From: Schmidtea polychroa
Lineage: Eukaryota
Direction of reading: 5' to 3'
NCBI GenBank assembly: GCA_044892525.1
Contig: CM097885.1
Location: 19,284,001 to 19,348,000 of the forward strand
Length of the DNA stretch: 64,000 nt
In this document: positions 1 to 14,646 of the stretch, piece after piece
Numbering within the stretch: the first letter of the stretch is position 1
Layout: every line of letters begins with the position of its first letter
Notes under the pieces: model-generated
Database searches by the model: none
What the model saw: only the letters and a program-made list of their open reading frames with translations
Told to the model about the DNA's origin: nothing
Made by a program: the position numbers and the translations under genes

Positions 1-60
1 AATAATAATAATAATAATAATAATAGTAATTAGTAAATAATAATAATAATAATAATAGTA

Positions 61-158
<98 letters not shown>

Positions 159-170
159 CATCATCATTAT
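1..170. repeat. (AAT)n/(ATT)n microsatellite; similar tracts recur throughout the window
   Basis: Direct trinucleotide repeats. Others lie at ~755-800, 2310-2460, 14260-14390, 14590-14645, 21660-21775 and 36102-36210. Confidence 0.98.
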
Positions 171-750
171 TTTATTAGTTTATTTTTACAAATAAAATTC
201 TACCAGAAATATCTGAAAAACTTCATTTTTATATTCTCTATGAAATATCTACATTTTTTCGATAATTATTAAGATAGGATTCAAAAGAAAAAATAAATTA
301 TTATCCTCTTAAGTATGTTATTAGTAATTTATTTCTTACAATTGATCGATTTTTCCAATTATTTTATTACGTTATTTTTATTCAAATTATAAAATAAAAA
401 ATATGGAAAAAAAATTAACTTTTAATTTTGTTTGGAAATCTTAAAAAGCTTAAAATATATTTTTATAGAATTATCTGTCGTTTTCAATGAATAATAAGAT
501 TCATTTTCTTTATTTACTCTACCCAAGCGCTTCTGTCATTACTATTTTCGTACTTTCTTTCATGAGATAAATGCAATTATTTAAGCTAACTAGACTTAAA
601 ACATTGCACATTTCTCATTTTATTTAGAGCATTTTATTTAGGATTTATGATAAATTGTGTTCAAATATTTAATAGATATTTTCATTCTTAGCTTATTTCG
701 TTTTCCAATAAATTCAAAAATTCTAATCATTATTTAAATATTTATGAATA

Positions 751-799
<49 letters not shown>

Positions 800-800
<1 letters not shown>

Positions 801-961
801 CTCTCTATATATAAAAAAGCTAAGGGTCTCCTCCATCCGAATTTTTTTTTATTTTTTTTTATTATTTTTTAAATTTTTTTTTAACCTGGATATTAACTTT
901 AACATTAACCCACGTTCTAACGGGGTTGGTGAAGCGAACCGAACAGGGGCAGAGCCCCTAG
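800..961 (+). mobile_element. Short non-autonomous Helitron (~162 bp)
   Basis: Starts A|TCTCTCTATATATAAAA and ends with hairpin GGGGCAGAGCCCC then CTAG|T. Inserted between A and T in an (AAT)n tract with no TSD. Confidence 0.75.
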
Positions 962-2364
962 TAATAATAATAATATTAATAATTAAAAAACATATTTGTG
1001 TATGACGTACACGGTCAAACTTTGATTTGTCTCCAATGAAAATGACAACATTTTATGTAACTACATTTTCCAGATTCTCTTTACAGGTTTAATTTATTCG
1101 ATTCGTCTTTAATTTTTCAATTGCAACCAAATTTTTTTTCTATCAAAGATATATTAATATTTGCATTTTTTCTAATTTTTATTAATTTAAACTTAAATTT
1201 TAATTTTTGTATTATTTGCATTAATTCCACATTTGAAATTAATTTCTCAAACCCACACATAATGATTATTTAATAAATAAATAAAGTAATTTCTTTTTAT
1301 ATTTATGTCAGACTACAGATTAATATTTTTCATTTATTTAATGCCAATTTAATGTGTAAAATAATTGTTAGACGAGTGAAATTTCATTTTAAATGTGTAA
1401 ATTAATTACCAGATTAAAAGGCATTATTAATAAATGTAAACTATAGATACCTTATCAAGCAAGGAAATAATGTCAATGGAATTATTTTTCGTGAATTACT
1501 GTAAAAAGTCTATGAATAAATAACTCAATTGCAAAAGACTTACTTTCCCATAATCCTATATCCATTAAAACAATAATATAAATAAGTCAATGTCAATTTA
1601 TAACCAAATATCAATTGATAATGTAAAGCAATCATTTCAGAAAAAAAATGAAAACAATGAAAATTTTCATTTCACAAGCACGATTTCTAATTAATATTGC
1701 AGATTATCCGATTAGGGGTATCTTTTGAAAATAATTCTTTAATCATTTATTCTCAGATTTCAATGTCGTAATAATTTTATTTTAAAAAATAAATTGTATT
1801 TATTAATATTAATTTATAATTATATTTTACAAATTAATGTAAATGGTTAATAAAATTAATTTTACAGGATGAAATGGAATTAATTTTTGACAATTTGATA
1901 TTTATTTCATCGACTTTATTATATAATACCAAAATTGATAGTTTGAATATATTCGAAAACAAATTATAATATATTTTATTCAAGTGATGCAGAATACCTT
2001 TTTTGTTGACAAATAAAAGAAAAGGTGTTAAAAAACAAAACATTCTGCATTCCAAATATATTATTGAACCATTTAAGTTATTTAATTTAATGAAATACCA
2101 CAACAGTAATTCAATAGTACGTATTAGGGGGGGATCACAAAAACCTATGTGTTCAAGCTTCCATTTCAAAATAAAATGGTACTCATTCCATAATCTTTTT
2201 GAATACTAAAACAAAATAAAATAAATTATTTTATAATATAGCAAACACACAAACTTACCTGTTTGTTGGAAATTATTTTAAAAATTGCATTTTTTTATTG
2301 TGTTATTGACATTATTATTATTATTAATATTATTATTAATATTATTATATTATTTATTATATTA

Positions 2365-2448
<84 letters not shown>

Positions 2449-2998
2449 AATATTATTATAAATTGATTTCTTGGTAACAGCATGCATTAAATGTTAAACA
2501 AGTATTCAACGTTATATTATTAATATTATTCATTATAATTAATTGTATTCATCCTGTTATTACAAATTTATTTCAAAAACTAAAATTATATTTATGACAT
2601 TTTTATGTTCTGTGAACTTTTTAATTTGTTATGATATTAATTAAATATTTACAGTACGGACTGTTGATGTCAATAAAACAAATGCATTAAATGTTTGTTT
2701 GAGTAATACCTAATCAATTTTAATTGAAAATGAAGTTCAGTTATTTTTTGTTAATTAAAATAAAATTTCTTTCTGGCATGCATTATTGAATAATACTAAA
2801 TATATATCTTGTTTTAATAATGTCTAAAATTATGTAATTTTTTACAAGTGAAATATATTTAGAAAGAAAATCAAATTCAATTAAAAGACAATGTTTAAAA
2901 CAATAAAATTTATTTATTAAAATCTAATAAATTTATTTTCATAATTAAATAAAAATAAAATACTGATAAATAAAGACATTTTTTCTATTTGTTTCAAG

Positions 2999-3246
2999 GA
3001 TATTTTAACAGCTTTCTCAATCCAATTATCTACGCCAAATTCAATAAAGATTTTAGACAGCCATTTAAAGAAATTTTGTCTTGCCACTGTAAGTCCATAA
3101 ACAACCGGCTACGTACTGCTTCATATACTGAACAATTTGGAAAATCATTTGTACAAAGACGACGCTCGGGCTACGAGAGCACTTTGCAACTTCCTGCCTC
3201 CCGTCGAAGTAGCAGCAGACCTCACAAAACTCCAATTCATTCGTGA
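2999..3246 (+). CDS. Terminal exon of a 5-HT7-like serotonin/biogenic amine GPCR (TM7, helix 8, C-tail)
   Basis: GYFNSFLNPIIYAKFNKDFRQPFKEIL contains NPxxY and resembles invertebrate 5-HT7 (NPIIYA..NRDFRKPF.EIL...YY.DQYG). Polypyrimidine tract and AG acceptor at 2997-2998, TGA at 3244-3246. Upstream exons were not found in the window. Confidence 0.85.
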
Positions 3247-4618
3247 TTGACATTGTATATTAACAATGTTTTGTTTAAAAATATTAGCAGATTTTGTTGT
3301 ATCTTTGATTTAGATCAATTATTATTAAAATAGAAACTTATTTTGTTTGTTATTAAATAAATAATTTATTTTTATAATTTGTTTATTTGTTTCTTAAATT
3401 TATTTCATTCAAAAATACAGACTTTGATTTACCTCTTTCTCTACGTTTTCATACAAACCACAAAAAATTAACAAATCTCTATAGTTTGCTAAATTTATTA
3501 ATTAAAATTATTAAGTTTGTTTTAGCATTCATATACACAAAAGGACAAAAATTAAGGTTTAGTATGATATAATTAATGGATATATATTTACATAAAGTTT
3601 ATAGCCGAGAGACATAAATTAAGTTCATTTATAGAAAGTCATAAAAATGAAATACAAACATCCATAAAATACATATTACAAAAGTTCAGGCCACAAATAT
3701 TTATTACATTTTTGGTTATAAATACATACAATTTGAGGATATTTTCAAGTTCGTTATCACATCTCATCTTTCCACGAAGAGGAGAGAAGCAAAAAAGAGA
3801 AATGTAAATTATAATTTATATTAATAAAATTCCAATTTAAAACCTTTTAAAAAATCTTGAAAATGATAATAGGTTGCCGAAAATTATGGAAAATGTAGAA
3901 AAAAACACTAAAAGACGTAAATTATAGTTGAAATATTAAATTTAAGATAATTATTTTAGGTATGATCGTAGTCAAGAAATGTGGAGAAAATTACTGCAGG
4001 CATAAAAATTTTCCCAAAATTATTTGTAAATAAAAACATTTTAGAGCTATAAAAATAAGTATTTAAATAAATATTTAATAAATCATACGGTTGTAAAAAA
4101 TAAAATTCAATAAAAATATTATAAACATTTAAAAGTAAAATATTTTAAAAAACTTGATAAATATGTAAATTTAATAAACAATTTAACTTTTAACTTATCA
4201 TTTCCCTCTAATATGTGTCACTGTCTGATATTATTATGATATTATTAAGAACTTACTAAATACAAAAATTGGCATAAATTATCTGTCAATGCCACGCATA
4301 TTATAAACTGTTATTAACTATTATATTTTTATTAAATTTACATTTTTTGAATGTCTTTTAAAATATATTTAAAATATTTTAATGCTAATAATATTTTTAA
4401 TGAAATGAAAATGTTGTATATATTATAAATTTTCGTGAAGTATATTTTATTTTCTAAATGATAAAATTTTTAAAATGTAAATAAAATACATTTTTAAAGA
4501 TCTACACAAATGTTTTGTTTACTAATAATTCGGGAAAGAACTTTATTTGATGGTGGCAATTTTGTTCTCATCGCGTGACTTTGATCAATTATTTTTAATT
4601 AATTCGTTATTAGATAAA

Positions 4619-5561
4619 GGGAGGCTATTACTGTGGTCATAAATATACTAAGTTTGGACTTAAATTTTACATGGCCTTAATTAAAATATTATTAGGTGAT
4701 AAATGTTATTACTGTGGCCCTTAAATTAAAAAAACCTTGGCCATTAAATAAATAGAAAAATGGTCTTCAATATTTTTACTTCGGTCATTAAATGATTAAG
4801 GTATTGATAAAAAATATATAAATAGAGGAAGCCGCTAATTGTAATCACAGTGAGAAGGGGGTCAACTGGTCGAATAATGACTGGTCGAAACTCGATAGAT
4901 CAAAAAATGGATCTTGTGTTAACTGGTCAAAACATTGATCGAAAATATAAAATTAAAAGTCAAACTGGTCAAATAGCTGTAGCCAGTCTAAAAAATTTAG
5001 ACTGTCTAAAGGAAGAATTTCAACCAGTTGCACATAAAAGTCAAACTGGTCAAATCTTTTCAATCTATTGTGTTTTTAATTTCAATCTGAATTTTGATCC
5101 ATCATAATTCGACCAGTTGTACCTTTTCAATCACAGTTAATGTTATTATGCTGGCTATTGTTATCACTTTTTCTGATAAAATTATTAAAATTAAAATTGC
5201 TTTATTTTCATTGGTTGATGATTCATCGTCAGAATGGAACTCTTCCAACTGCTTATAATCACCGCTGTTGTTCATTTCTTGTATTTTTTTCTGAATCAAC
5301 TATAAATGCTAGATAAACAAATTGTATGCACTTATTAAAACAAACGTTGATACTAGTGCAATTTAATAATTTAATATTTTTACAAATAAATTTCATAAAC
5401 ATTTTAATTAAGATTTTCCCCAAGGTAATAATATTAAGGGCTAGTACGTGGTAGTATGCTGAGTAATTTAATTAATGTCCTCTGTAATTAATTTAAAGGC
5501 CAAAGTTAGTAAAATGAATTCAAAAAATTTAATTTAAATATGGCCAAACTAATATTACCCC
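4619..5561. mobile_element. Mutator-like (MULE) non-autonomous element
   Basis: 9 bp TSD TTAGATAAA at 4610-4618 and 5562-5570. GGG...CCCC ends with imperfect TIRs (tattactgtggtcata / tatggccaaactaata) and internal ACTGGTC repeats. Confidence 0.7.
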
Positions 5562-5960
5562 TTAGATAAATAATATAACTTTAAATTTATCAATTGCAAT
5601 TAAAACGTACATTTTTTGATGTTTTTCTTCTACATTTTCCGAAATTTCCGGTTATCTATTATCATTTTACAAATTTCAAAAAATGTTTTAAATTGAAATT
5701 TTATTAGATAAAATATATCACTCTTATTTGATCCTCTCTTAATCATGGAAAGTAGGAATTTAAAAGAAACACTTGAAAAATTCTCAAATTACATATATTT
5801 ATAATTAAAAATGCACTTAATAAATGATTGTAAACTTTATTATTGTCCTATTGTGTGTATTCTTTTTATTATTGTGTTGTTGTATTTGTATCTTTTATTT
5901 TTCTGGCCATAGTTATTTTCCCACTTTTATATAGTACAACATTTAAACTATCATCTATCA

Positions 5961-8900
5961 CAGTGTTCTTCAACCTGGGTTCCGCGGAACCCTTGGGTTC
6001 CGTATAAAAAATTATGGGTTCCGCGAACAAATTTTATGATTTCTTATAAAAAAAGTTTTCAATATAAATAAACATATAATAATTTATATTTTATACATTG
6101 AAAATTTTCTGTTGTAAAATTTTACGCCTTGAAAATTTATGAAATGCTACAATGACATTGAAATTTTTTTTATTTACTAAAAATGTAAGAAAAGTATAAA
6201 TTATCAAAAATATTTGAGAATAATTCGATTTTTTCTTTAAATTTCAATATATAATCCTTTGAAATTTGAATATAGTTTCTAAAAATAAATTTATAATCAT
6301 AGGATGCGGGAGTTACCTTGGTTTTGTGATACGTATGTGAAATTTGACGTGTATTTAATTTAGTTTCTAACTGGTGGATGTGTTTTATGTTAATCTTTAA
6401 CTAAAAGTTAATATTTAATTAAAAAGTGTTTATTAAAATAAATTTGTTTATCTGCCTTTATTGCAAAAAGTACAATTATTTAAAAAAAATAACTTTGAGT
6501 TTTAATTTATTTCATTTAGTGTAAATACAGGTATGTTATTTTTTATTAAATATTAAATATTAAGTATGTGATTTAAAGGTAGAAAAAAAAGGGTTAAAAA
6601 TGTATTAAACTTAAAATGTAAACATTTTTTCTAAATTTAATCTTTTATATTTAAACATTCAACTTTTATATATTTAAACATTTCATTTATAACTTTATAT
6701 TAAAATATGTATGAATTTTTTTTCTATTTATTAAGTTTTTCATAATTTTAATTAATTTTCGAAATTTCCCAACATTTTTAACCTCTTTTGGAGGTTTTTT
6801 GATAAGTTTAGTTTTGTCATAAAATCGATTTTATTTAAATTTAAATTAAATTAGGATACCATACCGTTATATAATGGATACTTGGTTAAAAACTGGAAAG
6901 CTTCCTGCTAAGGTCAAGGAAGTTAATTTAGAAACTGAAACAGCATCGAAAGACAATGCAGTTAGTTCTAGGCTTGATACAGAAACATCATCGAAAAATC
7001 TGCCTTCTAAAAACAAAATAGCTAATGATTCAGATAAATCCACTAAAAAAAGAAAGTATGATGACGAATATTTAAAATTTGGATTCGCCTGGATTGGTAA
7101 TGAAAAAGAACCAAATGGATTATGCGTAGAGTGTGAAAAAGTAATGCATAACAGTAGTTTAAATCCAGCAAAAATGAAAAGACATTTGGAAACTAATCAC
7201 CCGACTTTAAAAAATAAAAGTATTGAGTATTTCCAGAAAAAGTGTAATGAGCTTAAACAGAAAAATCAGCAATTTAAGAAATTCATACATGATGATAATA
7301 TAAATGCTTTGAAAGCATCTTATTTGGTCAGTTATCGTGTTGCTCAACAAGGTGAAGCTTACACTATTGCTGAAAAATTAGTGAAACCATGTACCAAAGA
7401 TATAGTTTCTTGCATGATAGGAGAGAAACATGTTAAAATGGTTGATTACGTGCCACTCTCTGATACTACTGTATCCAGGCGGATTATGGACATGGCAAAT
7501 TATTGTGAAGTACAACTCATAAAACGTTTGAAAAATTGTATCCATGGATTTTCTCTTCAGTTGGATGAATCTACAGATGTATCTGGGTTAGCAATTTTAC
7601 TGGTATTTGTACGATACATTCATGAAATGGCTGCTGAAGAAGATATGCTTTTTTGTAAAGCTCTACCCAGCAAAACAACAGGTGAAGAAATATTTAAAAT
7701 AATTGATTCATATTTTATACAGCATGATATATCTTGGGATTTATGTCACCATGTATGCACCGATGGTGCAAAAGCAATGCTTGGGAGTTTGAAAGGTGTA
7801 GTTGCGCGTATAAAACAGAAAAATCCTTACATTAAAAATAATCATTGCTGTCTTCATCGACAGGCTCTTGCAGTAAAAAGAATGCCAGAAGAACTAAAAA
7901 CTGTTCTTAATGATTGTGTCAAAATTGTAAATTTTATCAAATCAAGGCCGTTGAATTCGAGAATATTCACCTTATTATGTGAAGATATGGGAAGTAAACA
8001 TAAAACATTATTACTTCACACAGAAGTTCGTTGGTTATCTCGTGGTAAAGTATTGACAAGATTTTTTCACTTACGAGATGAAATCAGATTGTTTTTTGCT
8101 AAACATCCACATGAACTATCTCACAAATTAAATGATGTGAAATGGGTTCAACAAATTTCTTATCTTTCAGATATTTTTTCATATTTTAATGAAGTAAATC
8201 TTTCTCTTCAAGGCCCAAATACGAACATTTTCCAAGTTCAAAATAAAATAAATGCAACTATAATGAAATTAAAATTTTGGGCGGATTGTATTTTGAAATC
8301 AAATACTGAATGTTTTTTTAATTTAAATGATTTTTTACTCTCCAATAATGCTGAAATTAATGAAAATGTTAAAATATATGTATTGTAACATTTATCTGAT
8401 TTACAAGATACTTTTGTGGAATATCTTCCTGCTCAGATAGAAAATTTTGATTGGGTTCAAAATCCATTTGTTGAATACTGCAATAACTATCATTTAACAA
8501 TAAAAGAAAGGGAGCAATACATTGATATTTCAACTGATTCTACATTAAAAATAAAATTTTTTGAAGGAGAGATTTTGAATTTTTGGCTTGAAATGTTTTG
8601 CCAATTTCCTGACCTCGCAAAAAAAGCTATTAAAATTTTGATGCCATTTGTGACCACTTATATGTGTGAAAGATCTTTCTCGCTATATATTGCCACAAAA
8701 ACAAAATACAGAAATAAATTAGATGCTGAAAATGAAATGAGGCTACAAATTACAAGAATTGTACCAGATTTCAATGTAATTTGTAGCAAAAAACAGGCTC
8801 AACCTAGTCATTGAGTACCATTTAATATCAAATTTCTATTTTTTTTATGTTAAACTTTATATTTTTGCCATTAATTATTTAAATAAAATAATTTTATATT

Positions 8901-9062
8901 ATAAAGTGCATTATTTTTTTATAAATTACCACATCGACAACCCCAATTGAATACATATATACATGCCCACATATACATGGGGAAATTTTTATTGGAAGGG
9001 TTCCGACGACTGCGAAAGTTTTTGGAAGGGTTCCGACGACTGCGAAAGGTTGAAGAGCACTG
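5961..9062 (+). mobile_element. Full-length hAT transposon (Buster/Charlie type)
   Basis: TIRs CAGTGTTCTTCAACCT / AGGTTGAAGAGCACTG. 8 bp TSD ATCTATCA at 5953-5960 and 9063-9070 with central TA. Subterminal GGGTTCCG repeats. Confidence 0.95.
6874..8814 (+). pseudogene. hAT transposase (ZBED5/SCAND3/Buster-like) with one premature stop
   Basis: BED-type C-C-H-H finger and motifs LQLDESTD, CTDGAKAM, HCCLHRQAL, TEVRWLSRG, TTYMCERSFS. ORFs 6874-8388 and 8416-8814 are in the same frame, separated by TAA at 8386-8388. Confidence 0.93.
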
Positions 9063-10002
9063 ATCTATCATATAAAAAAATCAATCAATCTTAATTGTTG
9101 CTTGAAATTATGTCATTTTAAATTTTTATTTTTTGAAGAAAAAATTACAGATAAAAATTTAGAATTTAATGCTAAAAATTTTACTGCATTCAATCTTAGA
9201 GATAAATAAGGAGATAAATATTAATTGAAGAAGACGATTTTCATTTTCGACAGTTACTTTGAATATCAAAAGGTTCATCTAGCCTTATAATAATTCATAT
9301 TTGGGGAGATAAGCTTAAAAAAATTATATAGAAATCTTTAAATCTTATTTTGTGAATAATATAAAAAAGAGAATTTTAGTAAAATATTATTAAAGCTTTC
9401 TTTAAATTTAAACAACTCCAAAAATATTGCAAATTCTTTACCGCCTTGTATTATAGATTACATTGTTCCATAAATTTAGATGTATATACACATCATTTCT
9501 GCCGGTCACCCTTAATTTCTGTTCTCATTTCAAGTAGATATGCATATTTTTTACTATATATAAATTAATTATATATTATACATCAAATGGCAATTAATAG
9601 ACTTTTATACGACCAAAAATAAGTGCAAACAATTGCGCTAATACAAAGGTTAATTTATCTTCTGTTATTTAATTCGTTAATTGTAATTTATTAAGATAAA
9701 ATATTTATTTAAATATGTAAACAATATTTGTATTATTTTTTGTAATATAGAGGATTACCTCACATAGTTCGGTTTTGATCAGTACGGTTTCTCTATAGTA
9801 AGTACGGTTTTGAAATTTTCAAAATATGATTGTTTTTAAAATGATTAAAAAAAAAATTTTCGAAATTTATAAAAGTTTTTTTTAAATTAATTTTTTAGAA
9901 TTTATTCGTTATTATAAAATCATACGGCACGTGTTTAATAATTTGTTTTTTTACGTTTAATTTCTGGTTTGTAGTTGTAATGTATAGTGTAATGTATAGT
10001 TA

Positions 10003-11090
10003 TTTTTTTTATTTCAGCGTTCACGATTAGGAATCGTGAATATTATAATATAAATCACCACCATCTGGAAAATCCAGATTTTCAAAAAAACTATATAGCG
10101 ATAATTTACTATGGTAAATTATCGCTATAGGAAATTAGAAAAATTAAAAAAAGTCGATAAAAAAAAGATTTCGTATATTAAAAATTAATATTAAAGCAAG
10201 TTGTAACAAGTTGAAAATAAAGTCCTTAATTTCAATTCCAACCGTTAATTAAACATACCAGTTCCTTATAAAAGCAGAGATCAATTCCAAACCTATTTGT
10301 AGACCAGGATTTGAGTTCGGATACGAGAACAAGGATAAAGGTTGAAATCCCGAAAATAATAATAATAAAATCAAAGCAAGTTGCAGCAAATTGAAAATAA
10401 AGTCCTCCATTTCAATTCCAAACCTATTTGTAGACCAGGATTTGTGTTCGGATACGAGAACAAGGATAAAGGTTGAAATCCCGAAAATAATAATAATAAA
10501 ATCAAAGCAAGTTGCAGCAAATTGAAAATAAAGTCCTCCATTTCAATTCCAAACCTATTTGTAGACCAGGATTTGTGTTCGGATACGAGAACAAGGATAA
10601 AGGTTGAAATCTCGAAAATAATAATAAGAAATAATAAGAATCCTAAGTACGAGCTAAAGAGTCCAAACCCTACAATTAATTTATTAATTGAACACAGTAT
10701 TAAGACACAAGAAAGAATCAAATTCAGATTAATCTATCTTAAACAACAAATTTCCAGTCCTATATCCAGGCAAAGGCCGATCTATCTTAAACCGCAAATC
10801 TACAGTCCCTACAGTCCTATATCCCGGCAAAGGTTTAGATTCAAATCGTAGTTAAACTACCCCCGGACTCAAGGTCTTAAAATTTTTATTTTGAATAAAA
10901 GTTTTGTTCCAATATATATTATCGTTTATTATTATTTTTATTTTACTTGTTATTACACAACACGCACCCCGATTGTCCCGCCACAAGTTTTAACGGAGAC
11001 TCTTTCGGGCTCATCAAATTTCTAAACTAACATTACAACCTCATACCACACACAAAAACAAAATAGTCAAAAATATAATATAACAGTAGT
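10003..11090. mobile_element. Repeat family A, copy 1 (Helitron/Helentron-like non-autonomous element with internal ~130 bp tandem repeats)
   Basis: Colinear with 19120-20160. Shares terminal hairpins (ttcacgatt-agg-aatcgtgaa; atctgga-aaa-tccagat), tandem units and the block caccccgattgtccc...gactctttcgggctca. Confidence 0.6.
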
Positions 11091-11241
11091 TTTAATAAAA
11101 AATTGAATAAATAAACCGTAAAAAAATTCACTACGGATACATTCACGATCTCGCGATAATAGATCAAAGTTGTTGGTTTCATATTTTTAATCGTAGAGTA
11201 TGTTGACTTTTATATATTTAGATTTTAATTTAAAAAATAAA

Positions 11242-11571
11242 ATGAGTGACAGAACAAAATGTAAAAGTGACTCCACAACCAAAAAACGCAAATGGCTCAC
11301 TTTAGAACAAAAGCTTAGCGTTATTAAACTTCACGAGGAAGGGACTTCGTTTGCTAAAGTAGGAAAAGAAAGGGGAATGAACGAGGCGTCAGTTCAGAAA
11401 ATTGTGAAAAATAAAGATCAATACAAGTCGCAAGGTATAGCTACTGCGTCATATTTGTCAAAAGTGGTAACCAGAATTAGAAGCCCTCGAATGGTTAACA
11501 TGGATCGACTATTATCTATATGGATAGAAGACCTTAGCCAAAAACGTATTCCAATTAGACATCGTTATTGA
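11242..11571 (+). pseudogene. Tigger transposase N-terminal fragment (psq/CENP-B HTH)
   Basis: KKRKWLTLEQKLSVIKLHEEG...GMNEASVQKIVKNK...MDRLLSIWIED. No DDE domain present. Confidence 0.8.
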
Positions 11572-13389
11572 AATTCTTAAACAATAAAAAATGAATCTAA
11601 ACATTACAATTTAAGTGAATTGCTTTTTTTGATCTTTTTTAAATTAAATTGTTGTGTTTATTTAATTTTATTTACTTGTTTTTCATCAGCTATTTTTAAT
11701 ATTTTTAAAATGAAATAAATTCTTTTTTTTGATCTAGTTGCAATGAATTGGTATTGCCGGCTTATAAATTTCGATAAATATATATTTAAATGTACAACTG
11801 TGTTAAATATGCTTGTTTTGCTCTTGAATATCAGAAAAATAAAAATACATAACAAAATATTTTTTGTTTACTAGATAATAATCACGATTTTTAAATTTCT
11901 TAATAGGGGTACTAAGCCGTAAATTTATTAGCGCCAGAATGCCTCGAATAGTCCGGTTTCAAATAGTACGGCTAAATTCCAGAACCGATTAACCGTACTG
12001 TTCGAGGTATTCCTGTAGTTTAATTGCCTCTACTATTCTCTATTAATTTTTTCTATATATTTTACTCAATATTTGGCTAAAATTATATTAAAAAATTATA
12101 ACTTAACTAAACTTTTAATATACACAAAAACATTTCAATGGTTTTATTCATATGAAACAGTTGTGGAATGGAAATATTTTTCAAAATATTATCAATTTAT
12201 TTAAAATTTGGAGTTTATTAAATGTCTAGTCCTTTATTTAATGTTCAATCATTTGTATTTATTATTATAGGTAAGTTTTGTTATATTATTGAAACTTTAA
12301 ATAAATGTCATTTAGGCCATTATCATTGACCTTTTGATGTATTAAATATTATATTGTCACTAATTTCACGGAATTTATATAAATTAATTATTTTGTTTTA
12401 TATAAAGTAATTTTTTTGTAATTAATTATTTCAATGGAAATTTTTACGGAATTTCATGATTAATTTTCAAGCTTTTAAATTAATAAAAATTTTTAAAAAT
12501 CGTTTTTAGAATTTATGACAGAATTATTCATAATCAGGGTAAAATTATTTATTAATTTATTTCTAAATATAGTTTAATTCTCTCTAATCTCTCTAATCAC
12601 TTTTTAGGCAAAACTTTATAATAGTTTATAATATAACTTACTTTTTAACATAAACTTACACATTTCAATGGTTATATATTTGTAGAATAGTTGTGGAATA
12701 AAATTATTTTTCAAAATAATAATAATTTTAATTTATAATTTGGATTATATTATAAGGAAAATATAAGGACGATCATTCAACGAAATTTCAACTGATGAGA
12801 TACATTAAAAAGGCAAAAAAATATAAATATAAAAAAAATATATATAAAAATAAAAAAAAATATTATAAATATATTGAATGCATTGGCATCTTTGACATTG
12901 TTTTTTAAAAGGATTATATTTGAAAATAGCAAATTTTTGAAAAATTAACTTAAAAGTGTTTCTACATTTTCACTAACAAATTATAAATATGAATTCAGTT
13001 CATGAAAAAGGCGAAAGATTTTATATATTATATTGAGTATGCAGATCGAGTATCCAAATATAAAGGAGAAAAGTCTTCAAAATCTTTTTAGCAAGAATCT
13101 TATAACTATACGATTCTCAACTTTCTAAATCCCAAAGGATACAGACAATATTAATGTTTCAAGCAGCTATTTAAAACAAACTACTTGCAATTTTATATGG
13201 ACGCTTATGGAAGATGTACAAACTTGAGAAAAGGATTTACTTAAACTCCGACATCTATTGTTGAAGCTGAGAATTTTCAAACTTAATTTTTATAAAACTT
13301 GAAAACGCCTAACAAACATCAGTTTTCCATTATAATCCATATCAACAATTATAAATGGAAACAATAATGACGTAATGGCTATGATTTTA

Positions 13390-14200
13390 TTAATTAATTA
13401 AATAATCTTAATAAATTCATTGCTGATTGAATGTTAGTTGTAGGGGATTGTGATTTAATCGCCAATGCCTCATATACAATTCTTTCCCACTTAATATATA
13501 GAATTTTAAAAGGTTTTAAGTCAGTTGCCTCTTTACAAATTTTTCTATGCTCCAAAATATGACTCACATCTTTATATCGACTAGGTTTCTGAACACATGT
13601 CCAGGGATGACAAGAAGTCTCTCCAATGTATTGCAACCACTAAATGAAAACTTATATATCAAACACTTAACGTATTTGGGGTTGAGATTTATTTGTAAAC
13701 ATATTTTTTTGTTCTTATTTTTATAAAAATGAAATCCAATTCATATTTTTAATTGAAATTTATTATTTTTATTTTAAACATTCCAAAAAATTCTGATTTA
13801 TTCTTTGTTTAAATGGATCTAAATCTAAATAATTTTATGCTGACTCAGAATAAATATATTACTGATTCAAATTTAACCAGTGATAAAAATCAAGAATTAT
13901 ATAAAAAAATAATAATTATAAAATTTAATCAAACTATAATTCTAAAAAAGTTATTTATAGACTTGATTCGGGTTTCCCTTGAAAAATTTTGTCTCTTATC
14001 CATTAAAGTGGCATTATTCGATTGATTAATATGATAAATTCTCTCTTCGAGAAATTATTGATCTGGAGGGAATATTTTCTTAGAATTTCTGACTTTTATT
14101 TATTTATATTTTGGTCTATAGGTTTATATTAACCTCTGGTTAATTAGATAAAGTCATAAAAATTTATATAGAAAGTTAAAAGTGCTGATGTCCTTAATTA
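13390..14200 (-). pseudogene. Degenerate Penelope-like element fragment (GIY-YIG endonuclease end)
   Basis: YIGETS...SHILEH...FKIL...YEALAIK...P..N pattern typical of the Penelope GIY-YIG C-terminus. Many stops upstream. Confidence 0.65.
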
Positions 14201-14260
14201 AAGAGGAATTTTAAAAGAATTTCATAACTTTTGTTTCAATATATCAAATATTTCTTACAC

Positions 14261-14388
<128 letters not shown>

Positions 14389-14430
14389 GTATAAAATGAT
14401 GATTTCTTGGTAGCAGCATTTATTATTTAA

Positions 14431-14562
14431 ATCAATAAAGTGATAATTTAAGCCTTTTGCTGCAAATAATATATTTAATGAAAAAACTTTCGACTATAAG
14501 ATAGTCCTTGTCAATCTCCTGGAATTTAGCAATGTTCTTCTCAAAAATACCTTTCAATCTTT

Positions 14563-14646
<84 letters not shown>

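Larger units (their letters stand above)
9750..12015 (+). mobile_element. Internally deleted Tigger/pogo element carrying a nested repeat
   Basis: TA-flanked imperfect TIRs (gaggattacctc...tcggtt / aaccgtactgttcgaggtattcctg). Contains a CENP-B-type HTH fragment. Confidence 0.7.

Noticed and set aside
2263..2483. Poly-Ile/Asn/Leu ORFs here and at 14231, 21613, 46222-47701 and 48345; (IY)n ORFs at 18400 and 19998
   Set aside because: They are translations of (AAT)n and (TA)n microsatellites.
10371..10851. 109-116 aa ORFs in repeat family A
   Set aside because: They arise from tandem repeats and are not preserved in the second copy.
10985..11030. Possible hammerhead ribozyme on the minus strand (TTGATGAGCCCGAAAG)
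   Set aside because: The core lacks the first C, stem I does not pair, and the second family copy reads TTGTTGA.
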